A stretch of DNA of 64,000 bases. Source: Burkholderiales bacterium 67-32 (lineage in GTDB: Bacteria; Pseudomonadota; Gammaproteobacteria; Burkholderiales; Burkholderiaceae_B). The notes beneath the pieces were generated by a model that saw only the letters and a list, made by a program, of their open reading frames with translations, did not search any database and was not told the DNA's origin. Below, in pieces: positions 27,849 to 37,457 of the stretch. A program made the position numbers and the translations under genes. Within the stretch, counting starts at the first letter, position 1. Every line of letters starts with the position of its first letter. Location: assembly GCA_001898625.1 (NCBI GenBank), contig MKUP01000027.1, forward strand, positions 180,188-244,187, in the 5' to 3' direction.

Positions 27849-29375
27849 TCAGGCGCCGACCGGGCGGGCCTGTTCGCTCAGTTCGCGCGCCCGGGCCTCG
27901 AGCGCCTTGCGGTCGATCTTGCCGACGCCGTTCAGCGGCAGCGCGTCGACGAAGATCACCCGGCGCGGATACTGGTAGGGCGGCGCATTCTCCAGCGAGT
28001 GCGCCTTGACCGTCTCGGCGGTGAGCGGCGAGCCGGCGCGCTTGACGATGAAGGCATAGGGGATGCGATGCTTGATCTCGTCGGGCACCGGCACCACGAT
28101 GGCCTGGTCGATGTCGGGATGGCGCTCGAGCATCAGCTCGACGTCGCCCGGGTAGATGTTGTGTCCGCTGGAGACGAACATGTCGTCGGCCCGTCCGACG
28201 AAGTAGTACCAGCCGTCTTCGTCGCGCCGCAGCACGTCGCCGGTGTCGAACCAGCCGTCCTTCATGCGGCGGGCCATTTCCTCGGGGTTGTTGTAGTAGC
28301 CGTTCATCATGCCCGGCCCCTGCACGTACAGCGTGCCGAAGTCGCCGTCGCCGGCATCGCCGACCAGCCGGAAGCGGTTGCCGGCCACCGGCCAGCCCAC
28401 CGAATGGCGGGGGCGCGGCTTGCCCTGCGGGTGCGGGCCGAACAGCGCGGCGCTGGTCTCGGTGGTGCCGAAGATGGTGACGATCTCGGCGCGCGGAAAC
28501 ATGCGCGCGACCTCGTCGATCAGCACGTCCGAGGCCGGCGCGCCGCCCATGGTGGCGAGCCGCACGAAGGAATAGTCCTGGCCTTCGATCAGGTCGCGCT
28601 GCTGCAGGATCATCGCGAAGATGGTCGGCACGCCCGACAGCACGGTCACGCGGTGGCGGGTGATGGCCTCGATGTAGCGCCGGGGTTCGAACTTGCGCAT
28701 CAGGATCACGGCCGAGCCGCCCACCAGCACGCACTTGATCGAGTTCATCGCGTGCTTGTGGTAGAGGGGCGCCGCGACGATCATGCGGTCGGTGGCGCAG
28801 AAACCGCGGTCGTGCGAAATGGTCTCGGCCACCCAGGTATGGGCGCGGTGGGACAGCAGCGCGCCCTTGGGGCGGCCGGTCGAGCCGGAGGTATAGGGCT
28901 GGAAGGCCACGTCGTCGTAGGCGGGCGCGTAGGGTTCGAACGGACCCGGATCCTTGAAGGCTTCGTAGGGACGCTGCCCGTCCGCGTCGACATCGACACA
29001 GGGCGTATCGTCCGGCAGGTTGGCCCGCAGCGCGCCGTCGCAGAACACCAGGCGCACCTGGGCGTCGCGCACCACCCATTCGACGGTGGCCTTGGGCTGC
29101 AGGATGCCGATGGGCACCGGGATGATGCCCGCCCGCATGGCGCCGAAGAAGATTTCCAGGAACTCCAGGCGGTTCGAGCACAGGATGCCGACGCGTTCGC
29201 CGGGCGCCAGGCCGTGGCGGCGCAGTCCGCGCGCGATGGCGTCGCACGAGGCGTGGAAGGTTGGATAGTCCACCTCGCGCGGGTGGTCCGGGTCCGACAG
29301 GTCGATGACGGCGGGACGTGCGTCGTTGCGGAATTCGCTGCCGATGCAGCCGAGGTTCTTGATGGATGGGCTCAT
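27849..29375 (-). CDS. AMP-dependent acyl-CoA synthetase/ligase (ANL superfamily)
   Basis: 508 aa with YTSGSTGRPKG, GWFDTGD and GKIDRKAL. Its ATG overlaps the stop of the upstream MDR gene (ATGA, 29372-29375). Confidence 0.92.
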   Translation of the reverse strand: MSPSIKNLGCIGSEFRNDARPAVIDLSDPDHPREVDYPTFHASCDAIARGLRRHGLAPGERVGILCSNRLEFLEIFFGAMRAGIIPVPIGILQPKATVEWVVRDAQVRLVFCDGALRANLPDDTPCVDVDADGQRPYEAFKDPGPFEPYAPAYDDVAFQPYTSGSTGRPKGALLSHRAHTWVAETISHDRGFCATDRMIVAAPLYHKHAMNSIKCVLVGGSAVILMRKFEPRRYIEAITRHRVTVLSGVPTIFAMILQQRDLIEGQDYSFVRLATMGGAPASDVLIDEVARMFPRAEIVTIFGTTETSAALFGPHPQGKPRPRHSVGWPVAGNRFRLVGDAGDGDFGTLYVQGPGMMNGYYNNPEEMARRMKDGWFDTGDVLRRDEDGWYYFVGRADDMFVSSGHNIYPGDVELMLERHPDIDQAIVVPVPDEIKHRIPYAFIVKRAGSPLTAETVKAHSLENAPPYQYPRRVIFVDALPLNGVGKIDRKALEARARELSEQARPVGA

Positions 29376-30367
29376 GGGTTCACGATCACCTTTCCGAAGA
29401 TGCGGCGGTTCTCGAGCAGGCCGACGCCTTCGGCGGCGCGTTCGAGTGGGAGGATGGTCTCGATGACGGGGGCGAGCCGGCCCTCGGCGACATAGGCCAG
29501 GCAGGCCTCGATGTCGCTCGGCAGGTAGGCGCGCGAGCCGATGATGTCGATCTCGCGGTGCCACACGTAGCGGATGTCGATGGGGCAAAGATGGCCGGCG
29601 GTCGAGCCGCAGGTCAGGATGCGGCCGTTGACCGCCATGCACCGCTGCGTGGGAATCCAGGTGTCGCCGCCGGTGAAATTGATGGCGACGTCGACCCCCT
29701 TCTTGCCGGAAGCGGCCCAGACCGGTTTGGAAAAATCGGGATGCTCGGCGTAGTTGACGATGTGGTCGGCGCCCAGCTCGAGCAGCTTGCGGCCCTTTTC
29801 TTCGCTGCTGGTGCAGGCGATGACTTCGGCGCCGGCCATCTTGGCGAACTGCACGCAGGAAACGCCCACGCCGCCGCTGGCGCCCAGCACCAGCACTTTT
29901 TCGCCCGCCTGGATCCGGCCGCGCGTGAACAGCATGCGGTGCGACGTACCGTAGGCGATGGGCAGGGCGGCCGCTTCGTCGAAGCCCACGCCCTCGGGAA
30001 TCTCGATCAACTGGCGCTGGTCCACCGCGATGTATTCGCACAGTCCGCCGTTGCCGTGCTCGCCCAGCACGCCGCCTTCGGGAAAGCGCGGGAACAGCGC
30101 CACGCGCTTGCCCACCCAGTGCTGCGGCACGCCTTCGCCCACATCGGTCACGATGCCGGCGATGTCGCCGCCGGGGATGCGCGGCATGGTCGTGTGCAGG
30201 TCGGGCATGCCGCGCAGCACGAACACGTCCATGTAGTTCAGTCCGCAGGCCTTGACCTGCACCAGCGCCTGGCCCGCCGCGGGACGCGGCACCGGCCATC
30301 GCTCCAGCTTCAACTGCTCCAGGCCACCGTGCTCGTTGAGCGCGATCACTCTCATCGTCGTAGTCAT
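29372..30367 (-). CDS. MDR-superfamily NAD(P)H quinone oxidoreductase/enoyl reductase-like protein (zinc-independent type)
   Basis: 331 aa from MTTTMRV, preceded by AAGGGA. GASGGVGVSCVQFAK cofactor motif. PGGDIAG occupies the place of the zinc-ADH GHE motif. Confidence 0.85.
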   Translation of the reverse strand: MTTTMRVIALNEHGGLEQLKLERWPVPRPAAGQALVQVKACGLNYMDVFVLRGMPDLHTTMPRIPGGDIAGIVTDVGEGVPQHWVGKRVALFPRFPEGGVLGEHGNGGLCEYIAVDQRQLIEIPEGVGFDEAAALPIAYGTSHRMLFTRGRIQAGEKVLVLGASGGVGVSCVQFAKMAGAEVIACTSSEEKGRKLLELGADHIVNYAEHPDFSKPVWAASGKKGVDVAINFTGGDTWIPTQRCMAVNGRILTCGSTAGHLCPIDIRYVWHREIDIIGSRAYLPSDIEACLAYVAEGRLAPVIETILPLERAAEGVGLLENRRIFGKVIVNP

Positions 30368-30486
30368 AGATCCCTTGCGTGGTAAGTGGCGCACCGGCAC
30401 TGCGCCCGATGCGCGGATGGCGAAGGAATCGTAAGAGTCGACTTTGATCAATACAAATTACTAGTTTTGGTGGATTGTTCGTCGCG

Positions 30487-30541
30487 GCCGATAGATGGCG
30501 CGCCGCGGTCCCGGGCAGGAGGCTGCCGGAGATCTATCGGC
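30487..30541. repeat. 10-bp perfect inverted repeat with a 35-nt spacer (gccgatagat ... atctatcggc)
   Basis: Arms at 30487-30496 and 30532-30541 are exact reverse complements. Lies in the 337-nt divergent intergenic region. Confidence 0.6.
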
Positions 30542-30704
30542 AAAAGTGAAGAATGGACAAAAACGAATTGTTTGTGCTGATGAAAGCCTCGAACTTAGGA
30601 TGCCCTTGCCTGTCCGGCATGCCGCCACGATGCGGAGCCGGCGGGCATTGCCGGTGCTTCGCTGCATACGGTCCCTTGTTCATTCAACCAGACAGGGAGT
30701 ATCC

Positions 30705-31256
30705 ATGTCGGCCGATTCCTTCGCCGAAAACTGGCCCGAGATCGCCGTTCGCGCGCTCAAGGCCAACGACGTCAGGCTCGTGGCCTATGTGCCGGACAAC
30801 GTCCTGGCGCCCTTGATCCGGCTGGTCCACGACGATCCGTATTTCACCGTGGTCTGTCCCGCCCGCGAAGAAGAGGCCGTGGGCATCGTGGCCGGCGCCT
30901 ACATGGCGGGCACGCGCGGCATCGTCCTGATGCAGACCAGCGGTTTCGCCACCCTGCCCAATGTGCTGGCCTCGCTTCTGAGCCCCTATCGCATACCGGT
31001 GCCGATGATGATTTCCGAGCGCGGCGCGGTCGGCGATTTCCAGCTCGGCCAGGCCATGGTGTGCCGCACGATGCGGCCGGTACTGACCGCTCTGGGCATC
31101 CCGCATTTCGCCATCGAGCGGCGCGACGACGTGGAATTCGTCGTGGGCAGCATGATCGGCCAGGCCTTTGCCACGCATGAACCGGCCGCGATGATCCTGT
31201 CGCCGCTGCTGACCAAGAAACCCGTCCCGACTGCCGCTCACGCGGCGGCGCGCTGA
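30705..31256 (+). CDS. Thiamine-diphosphate enzyme, split alpha subunit (PYR domain; ComD/sulfopyruvate-decarboxylase-alpha-like)
   Basis: 183 aa from ATG 30705, preceded by GGGAG. REEEAVGIVAGAYMAG has the conserved Glu of the TPP N-terminal domain. Followed by a separate PP-domain gene. Confidence 0.8.
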   Translation: MSADSFAENWPEIAVRALKANDVRLVAYVPDNVLAPLIRLVHDDPYFTVVCPAREEEAVGIVAGAYMAGTRGIVLMQTSGFATLPNVLASLLSPYRIPVPMMISERGAVGDFQLGQAMVCRTMRPVLTALGIPHFAIERRDDVEFVVGSMIGQAFATHEPAAMILSPLLTKKPVPTAAHAAAR

Positions 31257-31267
31257 AGGAGACACCC

Positions 31268-31882
31268 ATGCCGGACAGTGAACTGAGATCGGTCTCCCGC
31301 GCCAGCGCCAAGGTCATGAATCGCGCCGATCTGACACGCAGGCTGGTGGCCCGGCTCGAGCGGGAAGAGGCCGTCATCGGCGGTATAGGCAACAGCAACT
31401 TCGATCTGTGGGCCAGCGGCCAGCGGCCACAGAACTTCTACATGCTGGGCAGCATGGGGTTGGCCATTCCCATCGCGCTCGGCGTGGCCATGGCCCAGCC
31501 GGCGCGCCGCGTATTCGCGCTGGAGGGCGACGGTTCGCTGCTGATGGAGCTCGGGGCGCTGGGAACCGTTGCGGCGCAGGCGCCGCGCAACCTGGCCATC
31601 GTCGTCTGGGACAACGGTATGTACCAGATCACCGGATCGCAGAAGACGCTGACGTCATCGACGGTGGACCTGATCGGGGTGGCGCGCGCGGCCGGCCTGG
31701 CGCGCAGTTCGTGGGCGCTGGACGAGGCGCATTTCGAGTCCCTGGTGGAGCAGGCGTTGGACGGCGACGGACCGTGGGTCATCGGCGCGCGCATCGACGG
31801 CGAAAAACCGGCCGGTACGACCGAGCGCGATCCCGCCAAGATCCGCCTGCGTTTCATGCAAGGCCTGGGCGTGGCGGCCTGA
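31268..31882 (+). CDS. Thiamine-diphosphate enzyme, split beta subunit (PP domain; ComE-like)
   Basis: 204 aa. TPP-binding motif EGDGSLLMELGALGTVAAQAPRNLAIVVWDNG (GDG...N). Confidence 0.82.
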   Translation: MPDSELRSVSRASAKVMNRADLTRRLVARLEREEAVIGGIGNSNFDLWASGQRPQNFYMLGSMGLAIPIALGVAMAQPARRVFALEGDGSLLMELGALGTVAAQAPRNLAIVVWDNGMYQITGSQKTLTSSTVDLIGVARAAGLARSSWALDEAHFESLVEQALDGDGPWVIGARIDGEKPAGTTERDPAKIRLRFMQGLGVAA

Positions 31883-31894
31883 AGGAGCGAGACG

Positions 31895-33307
31895 ATGTCC
31901 AGACTGCTGATCAATGGCCGTTGGGTGGATGGCGAATCCTCCCAGCCGCTCACAGACAAATACGCGGGCCGCGTCTACGGCGAGATGGCCGTGGCGTCGA
32001 GCGCCCAGATCGACGAGGCGATCGGCGCCGCCCGGCGCGCCGCCGATACCGTGCGCATGGAACCGTATGCGCGCTACCAGGCCCTGACCGGCGCGGCCCG
32101 CATCATCGAGAGCCGCATGCGGCAGTTCGTCGACCTGCTGCGCGACGAGGCCGGTTTCACCCGCGCCGATAGCGAGAACGAGGTGCGGCGCTGTGCCCAG
32201 ACCCTGGAGCTGTCGGGCGAAGAAGCCAAGCGGCTGGTGGGCGACCTGATTCCCATGGCGGCCGGCCGCGGGGTCAAGGACCGCCTGGGGTTCACCGTGC
32301 GGGCCCCGCTCGGGGTGATCTGCGCCATCACGCCGTTCAATTCGCCGCTCAATACGCTGGCCCACAAGGTGGGGCCGGCGCTGGCCGGGGGCAATTCGGT
32401 GATCATCAAGCCTTCGACCTTCACGCCGCTGGCGGCGGTGGAGCTGTGCAAGGCGCTGATCGACGCCGGCGTGCCGGGCGAACTGCTGACCCTGCTGCAC
32501 GGACCGGGGGGCTCGCTCGGCCGGCAACTGCTGGCCGATCCCCGCATCGCGTACTACGCCTTCACCGGCAGCACGCAGGTGGGGCGCGAGATCCAGCAGG
32601 CCGCCGGCCTGCGCGGCACGCAGCTCGAGCTGGGCAGCATCGCCAGCACGATCGTGTGCCACGACGCCGATATCGAAATGGCGATCCCCAAGATCATCAA
32701 TGCGGGCTTCCGCAAGGCGGGCCAGGTCTGCACCTCGGTGCAGCGGCTGTTCGTCGACCGGCGCATCGCGCCGGCCTTCGTGCCGCGCCTGGTGGAGGCC
32801 GTGCGGGCAACGCCGGTCGGCGATCCGGCCGATCCGCGCACCGTCATCGGTCCGATGATCAGCGAGCATCACGCTCGGCGCGCGGCGTCGTGGGTGGACG
32901 AGGCCGTGAGCCAGGGCGCGCGCCTGCTGACCGGCGGCACGCTGCGCGGCCGGGTGTTCGAGCCGACGGTCCTGCAGGACGTGCGCAGCGACATGCGGGT
33001 GGTGTGCGAGGAAATCTTTGCGCCGGTGCTGTCCATCATCGAGTTCGACGACATCGCCGAGGCGGTGGCCGGCGCCAACGCCAGCGACTTCGGCCTGGCG
33101 GCAGGCCTGTTCACGGCCGACCTGCATACGGCGCTGCGCACCGCGCTGGCTTTGCGCTTCGGCGGCGTGCACATCAACGAAGCCTCCAGCGCGCGGGTCG
33201 ACGCCATGCCCTTCGGCGGCGTCAAGGACAGCGGCCACGGCCGCGAAGGGCCGGGCTACGCCATCCGGGAAATGACCGAGGAGCGGTTGATCACCATCGC
33301 CTACTAG
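31895..33307 (+). CDS. NAD(P)-dependent aldehyde dehydrogenase
   Basis: 470 aa. Catalytic Glu region LELGS and Cys region AGQVCTSVQR, plus the [10 protein letters not shown]-terminal block. Confidence 0.92.
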   Translation: MSRLLINGRWVDGESSQPLTDKYAGRVYGEMAVASSAQIDEAIGAARRAADTVRMEPYARYQALTGAARIIESRMRQFVDLLRDEAGFTRADSENEVRRCAQTLELSGEEAKRLVGDLIPMAAGRGVKDRLGFTVRAPLGVICAITPFNSPLNTLAHKVGPALAGGNSVIIKPSTFTPLAAVELCKALIDAGVPGELLTLLHGPGGSLGRQLLADPRIAYYAFTGSTQVGREIQQAAGLRGTQLELGSIASTIVCHDADIEMAIPKIINAGFRKAGQVCTSVQRLFVDRRIAPAFVPRLVEAVRATPVGDPADPRTVIGPMISEHHARRAASWVDEAVSQGARLLTGGTLRGRVFEPTVLQDVRSDMRVVCEEIFAPVLSIIEFDDIAEAVAGANASDFGLAAGLFTADLHTALRTALALRFGGVHINEASSARVDAMPFGGVKDSGHGREGPGYAIREMTEERLITIAY

Positions 33308-33356
33308 CCGCGTGCGCGGGACGGCTTCGATTCAAACTGAATGGGATAGAGAGAGC

Positions 33357-35468
33357 GTGAACACATCTGCTGCAGGCTCCAGTACCTTGCGCGTCGCCGT
33401 GGATATCGGCGGGACCTTCACGGACGGCGTGGCAACCCTGTATCCGCAGGGCCGGATCTGGGTCGGCAAGACGCCGACCACGCCGTCGGACCCCGGCGAA
33501 GCGGTCTCCACCGTCATCGGCGATCTGCTGCGGCAGGTCGCCGGCTCGATGGGCGGGGCGGCGCCGCAGTTGGGCGAGGTATTGCATGGCACGACGCTGG
33601 TCACCAATACCCTGATCGAGCGCAAGGGCGCCGCCACCGGCCTGATCACCACCGCCGGCATGCGCGATGCGCTCGACATCGGGCGCGAGTGGCGCTATGA
33701 CCCCTACGACCTGGACATCGTCCTGCCCCAGCCGCTGGTGCCGCCGGAGTGCCGTGCCGAAGTGGCCGAACGGCTGGGCGCGCATGGCGACGTGCTCGAG
33801 CCGCTGGACGACGCGGATGTCGCGGCGGCGATCCAGGCGCTGGCGGACGCGGGCGTGGCGTCGGTCGCGGTGTCGCTCTTGCATGCCTATATGGACGACA
33901 GCCACGAGCGGCGCATCGAAGCGGCCATCAAGCAGCGCCTGCCCGGCATGGCGGTGTCGACCTCGTCGTCGCTGGCGCGCGAGATCGGCGAGTTCGAACG
34001 GACTTCCACCACGACCGCCAACGCCTACGTCAAGCCGGTGGTGGCCGATTACCTGCGCCAGCTCGAGGCGCGCATCGGCGACATCCGCCGCGGCATTCCG
34101 CTGCGCGTGATGGTGTCCAGCGGGGGCTTCACCTCCGCCCAGGCGGGCGCCGAGTCGCCGATCATGCTGCTGGAGTCCGGACCCGCCGCGGGGGTGCTGT
34201 CCGCGCTCAACACCGCGCGGGAGAACGACGTGGACCAGGTGCTGGCCTTCGACATGGGTGGCACCACGGCCAAGGCCTGCGTCGCCATCGACGGCGAGGC
34301 GCCGGTCGCCCACAGTTTCGAATGCGCGCGCGTGGAGCGCTTCAAGCGCGGGTCGGGGCTGCCCATCCTCATTCCCAGCATCGAGCTGATCGAGATCGGC
34401 GCAGGCGGCGGTTCGATCGCCTATTGCAACCGGCTGGGCCTGCTCAACGTCGGCCCGGAGTCGTCGGGGTCGGTGCCCGGACCGGTGTGCTACGGCCGCG
34501 GCGGCGCGCAGCCGACGGTGACCGACGCCGACCTGCTGCTGGGCTATCTGAACCCGGCCAACTTCCTGGGCGGCGAGATGGCGCTGGATCTGGACGCGAC
34601 CCGCGCGGCCATGGCCCGGCTCGGCCAGCAACTGGAGATGCCCGCCGAGAGTGTGGCCTGGGGCATTTGCAACATGGTCAACGAGAACATGGCCAGCGCG
34701 GCCCGCATCCACATCGCCGAGACCGGCCACGATCCGCGCGACCTGTCCATGGTGGCGACGGGCGGCGCGGGCCCGGTGCACGCGGTGGACGTGGCGCGCA
34801 AGCTGCGCATCCCGCGCGTGCTCGTGCCCATCGCCGCGGGCGCCGGGTCGTGCCTGGGCATGCTGGCGGCGCCGGCGCGCGTGGACCGCGCCTGGTCCAG
34901 TCCGCAACTGCTGGCCGAGACCGACTGGAGCCAGGTCGCGCGCGTGCTGAGCGAACTCAAGCAAGAGGGCGAGGCCGAGCTGGCTTCGGTGGGGGCCAGC
35001 GATGTCGAGTGGCGCATCGGCGCCGACATGCGCTACTACGGCCAGGGGGCCGAGGTGCCCGTCTCGATTCCCTATGCCGAGGTCGACGCCGGCACCGGCG
35101 CGCGCGTGCTCGCCGCGTTCGAAGAGCAATACCAGCGCCTGTACGGCCGCCTGGTGCCGAATGCCCGGCCGCAGGTCACGACCTGGCGCCTGGTCGGCAA
35201 GGCGCGCACCGAGGGCAGCCATTTCGAGTGGGGCGACACGCGCACCAGCGGCGGCGCGCCGGCCGGCTCGCGGCCTGTCTACCTGCCGCTGCGGCGGGCG
35301 TACGGCGAGGTGCCGGTGCATGACCGCTATTCGCTGCCGGCGGGCATCACCCTGCAGGGCCCGCTGATCCTGGAAGAGCGCGAATCCACCCTGGTCGTCG
35401 CGGTGGCGGCCGACGTGACCATTCTTCCGGACCTGACCGTATCCGTGACCATCAAGGAATTCGAATAA
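33357..35468 (+). CDS. Hydantoinase/oxoprolinase family protein, A subunit (HyuA-like)
   Basis: 703 aa from GTG 33357 (the ORF track begins at GTG 33312). RVAVDIGGTFTD ATPase motif and AFDMGGTTAK second phosphate motif. Confidence 0.9.
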   Translation: MNTSAAGSSTLRVAVDIGGTFTDGVATLYPQGRIWVGKTPTTPSDPGEAVSTVIGDLLRQVAGSMGGAAPQLGEVLHGTTLVTNTLIERKGAATGLITTAGMRDALDIGREWRYDPYDLDIVLPQPLVPPECRAEVAERLGAHGDVLEPLDDADVAAAIQALADAGVASVAVSLLHAYMDDSHERRIEAAIKQRLPGMAVSTSSSLAREIGEFERTSTTTANAYVKPVVADYLRQLEARIGDIRRGIPLRVMVSSGGFTSAQAGAESPIMLLESGPAAGVLSALNTARENDVDQVLAFDMGGTTAKACVAIDGEAPVAHSFECARVERFKRGSGLPILIPSIELIEIGAGGGSIAYCNRLGLLNVGPESSGSVPGPVCYGRGGAQPTVTDADLLLGYLNPANFLGGEMALDLDATRAAMARLGQQLEMPAESVAWGICNMVNENMASAARIHIAETGHDPRDLSMVATGGAGPVHAVDVARKLRIPRVLVPIAAGAGSCLGMLAAPARVDRAWSSPQLLAETDWSQVARVLSELKQEGEAELASVGASDVEWRIGADMRYYGQGAEVPVSIPYAEVDAGTGARVLAAFEEQYQRLYGRLVPNARPQVTTWRLVGKARTEGSHFEWGDTRTSGGAPAGSRPVYLPLRRAYGEVPVHDRYSLPAGITLQGPLILEERESTLVVAVAADVTILPDLTVSVTIKEFE

Positions 35469-37051
35469 TGGACAAGACTTCCTCGCGGCGGCGTCCGGCC
35501 GCCCGGCAGACGAGCTTCGACGCGGTCGAACTGGAGATCCTGTGGAAACGGCTCATCAGTGTCGTCGACGAAGCCGCCGCCGCATTCGTGCGTACCTGCT
35601 TTTCCACGCTGGTCAGGGACGGCAACGATTTCGCCATCGTGCTGACCGATGCCCAGGGACGTTCGCTGGCGCAATCGGCCATGAGCCTGCCCGGCTTCAT
35701 CGGCTGCCTGCCGGCGACGGTGCGCCATTTCCTGGACAAGTATCCGGCCGACACGATCAAGCCGGGCGATGTCTTCATCACCAACGATCCGTGGAAGGGG
35801 TCGGGCCACGTGCACGACGTCACCACTGTCACGCCGATTTTTTTCGAGGGCCGGCTGGTGGCTTTCGGCGCGGTGGTCTCGCACCTGCCCGACATCGGCG
35901 GCAAGCTGCGCAGCAACAGCAGCCGCGAGATCTACGAAGAAGGCCTGCAGATTCCGTTGATGAAGCTGCTCGACGACGGCAAGCCCAACGAGGTGCTGAT
36001 CGAGATGATCACCCAGAACATCCGCGTGCCGGAGCAGGGCATGGGCGACATCTGGGCCCAGGTGTCGGCGTGCCGGATGATGGCCGACCGCCTCAAGGGA
36101 CCGCTGGAGACGGTGGACCTCGAGGCGTTGGGCGCGGAAGTGCGCAGGCGTTCGGAAGAGGCCATGCGCGAGGCCATCCGCGCCTTGCCCGACGGCGTCT
36201 ACCACTCGACCGTGCAGCATGACGGTTTCGAGGAACCCATCGTCATCCGCTGCCAGTTGACCGTGGCCGGCGACCGCATCGACATCGATTATGCGGGGAC
36301 GTCCGCGCAGTTGCCGCGCGCCCTGAACGTGGTGCCGATCTACGTGTTCGCCTACACCGTGTACGGCCTGAAGGCCTTGCTGTGCGCGGACATCCCGAAC
36401 AACGAAGGCAGCTTCCTGCCCATCACGACCCAGGCGCCGCTCGGTTCGCTGCTGAATCCGACCTATCCCGCGGCGTCGGGCGGTCGCAGCGCCATCGGCC
36501 ATCTGTTGCCGGGCGCCGTCTTCAAGGCGCTGGCCGAGGTGCTGCCCGAAAAGGTCTGGGCCTCGGGGTCGCCGAATTCGTCGATGACCATGTCGGGCGA
36601 GTACCGGGGCAAACGCTACGCCGTCGTCAACTTCCTGAACGCGGGACAGGGCGCCAACGCGCGCCGGCCCGGATTCTCGGCGCTGAGCTTCCCGGCCAAC
36701 CTGGGCAATACTCCGGTCGAGATGATGGAGACCTTGGCGCCGATCCGTGTGCTGCGGCGCGAGATCCGCCGTGGCAGCGGCGGCGAAGGACGCCAGCCGG
36801 GCGGCTGCGGCATCCGCTTCGAGTACGAATTGCTGCCCGATGCGCCGGATGCGGCGGCGTCATTCCTGATGACCCAGCTCAAGTCCGCGCCCGCCGGGCT
36901 GGCCGGCGGCGGCGCGGGCCAGCCCGGACGCCTGGCCATCAACGGCGAGACTGTCGATCCCACCGAGCCGCGCGTGTTGCGCGCCGGCGACCGCGTGTTG
37001 ATGGAGACCGCAGGCGGCGGCGCCTATGGATCACTGGAGAAGAAAGCATGA
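35468..37051 (+). CDS. Hydantoinase B/oxoprolinase family protein (HyuB-like)
   Basis: 527 aa. Contains NDPWKGSGHVHD and VSHLPDIGG family blocks. Its ATG overlaps the hyuA stop (TAATG). Confidence 0.9.
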   Translation: MDKTSSRRRPAARQTSFDAVELEILWKRLISVVDEAAAAFVRTCFSTLVRDGNDFAIVLTDAQGRSLAQSAMSLPGFIGCLPATVRHFLDKYPADTIKPGDVFITNDPWKGSGHVHDVTTVTPIFFEGRLVAFGAVVSHLPDIGGKLRSNSSREIYEEGLQIPLMKLLDDGKPNEVLIEMITQNIRVPEQGMGDIWAQVSACRMMADRLKGPLETVDLEALGAEVRRRSEEAMREAIRALPDGVYHSTVQHDGFEEPIVIRCQLTVAGDRIDIDYAGTSAQLPRALNVVPIYVFAYTVYGLKALLCADIPNNEGSFLPITTQAPLGSLLNPTYPAASGGRSAIGHLLPGAVFKALAEVLPEKVWASGSPNSSMTMSGEYRGKRYAVVNFLNAGQGANARRPGFSALSFPANLGNTPVEMMETLAPIRVLRREIRRGSGGEGRQPGGCGIRFEYELLPDAPDAAASFLMTQLKSAPAGLAGGGAGQPGRLAINGETVDPTEPRVLRAGDRVLMETAGGGAYGSLEKKA

Positions 37052-37398
37052 ATGACATGACACGCATCGATCAGAACGCGCGGCGCAGCCGGGCGCTGGT
37101 TCACCACGGCATTGCCTACCTGTCGGGCCAGGTGCCCGACGACCGCTCGCAGGACATCGCCGACCAGACCCGCCAGGTATTGGCCAAGGTGGACGAATTG
37201 CTCGGGCAGGCGGGGACCGACAAGAGCCGGATGCTGAGCGCGCAGATCTGGTTGAAGACGATGGACGATTTTGCGGCGATGAACGCGGTGTGGGATGCCT
37301 GGGTCGTGCCCGGGCAGACCCCCACTCGTTGTTGCGGCAAGGTCGAACTGAATGACCCGGCATGCCGAGTCGAGATCGTGGTGGTGGCCGCCGTCTGA
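37048..37398 (+). CDS. RidA/YjgF/TdcF family enamine/imine deaminase-like protein
   Basis: 116 aa. Start overlaps the hyuB stop (ATGA, 37048-37051). YjgF-type length and C-terminal VEIVVVA. Confidence 0.8.
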   Translation: MNDMTRIDQNARRSRALVHHGIAYLSGQVPDDRSQDIADQTRQVLAKVDELLGQAGTDKSRMLSAQIWLKTMDDFAAMNAVWDAWVVPGQTPTRCCGKVELNDPACRVEIVVVAAV

Positions 37399-37457
37399 GG
37401 CAGGTTGCAGGACGGAGGAGGCGACATCCCGTAGTTCCCTAAACACGTGAGGCTGAG

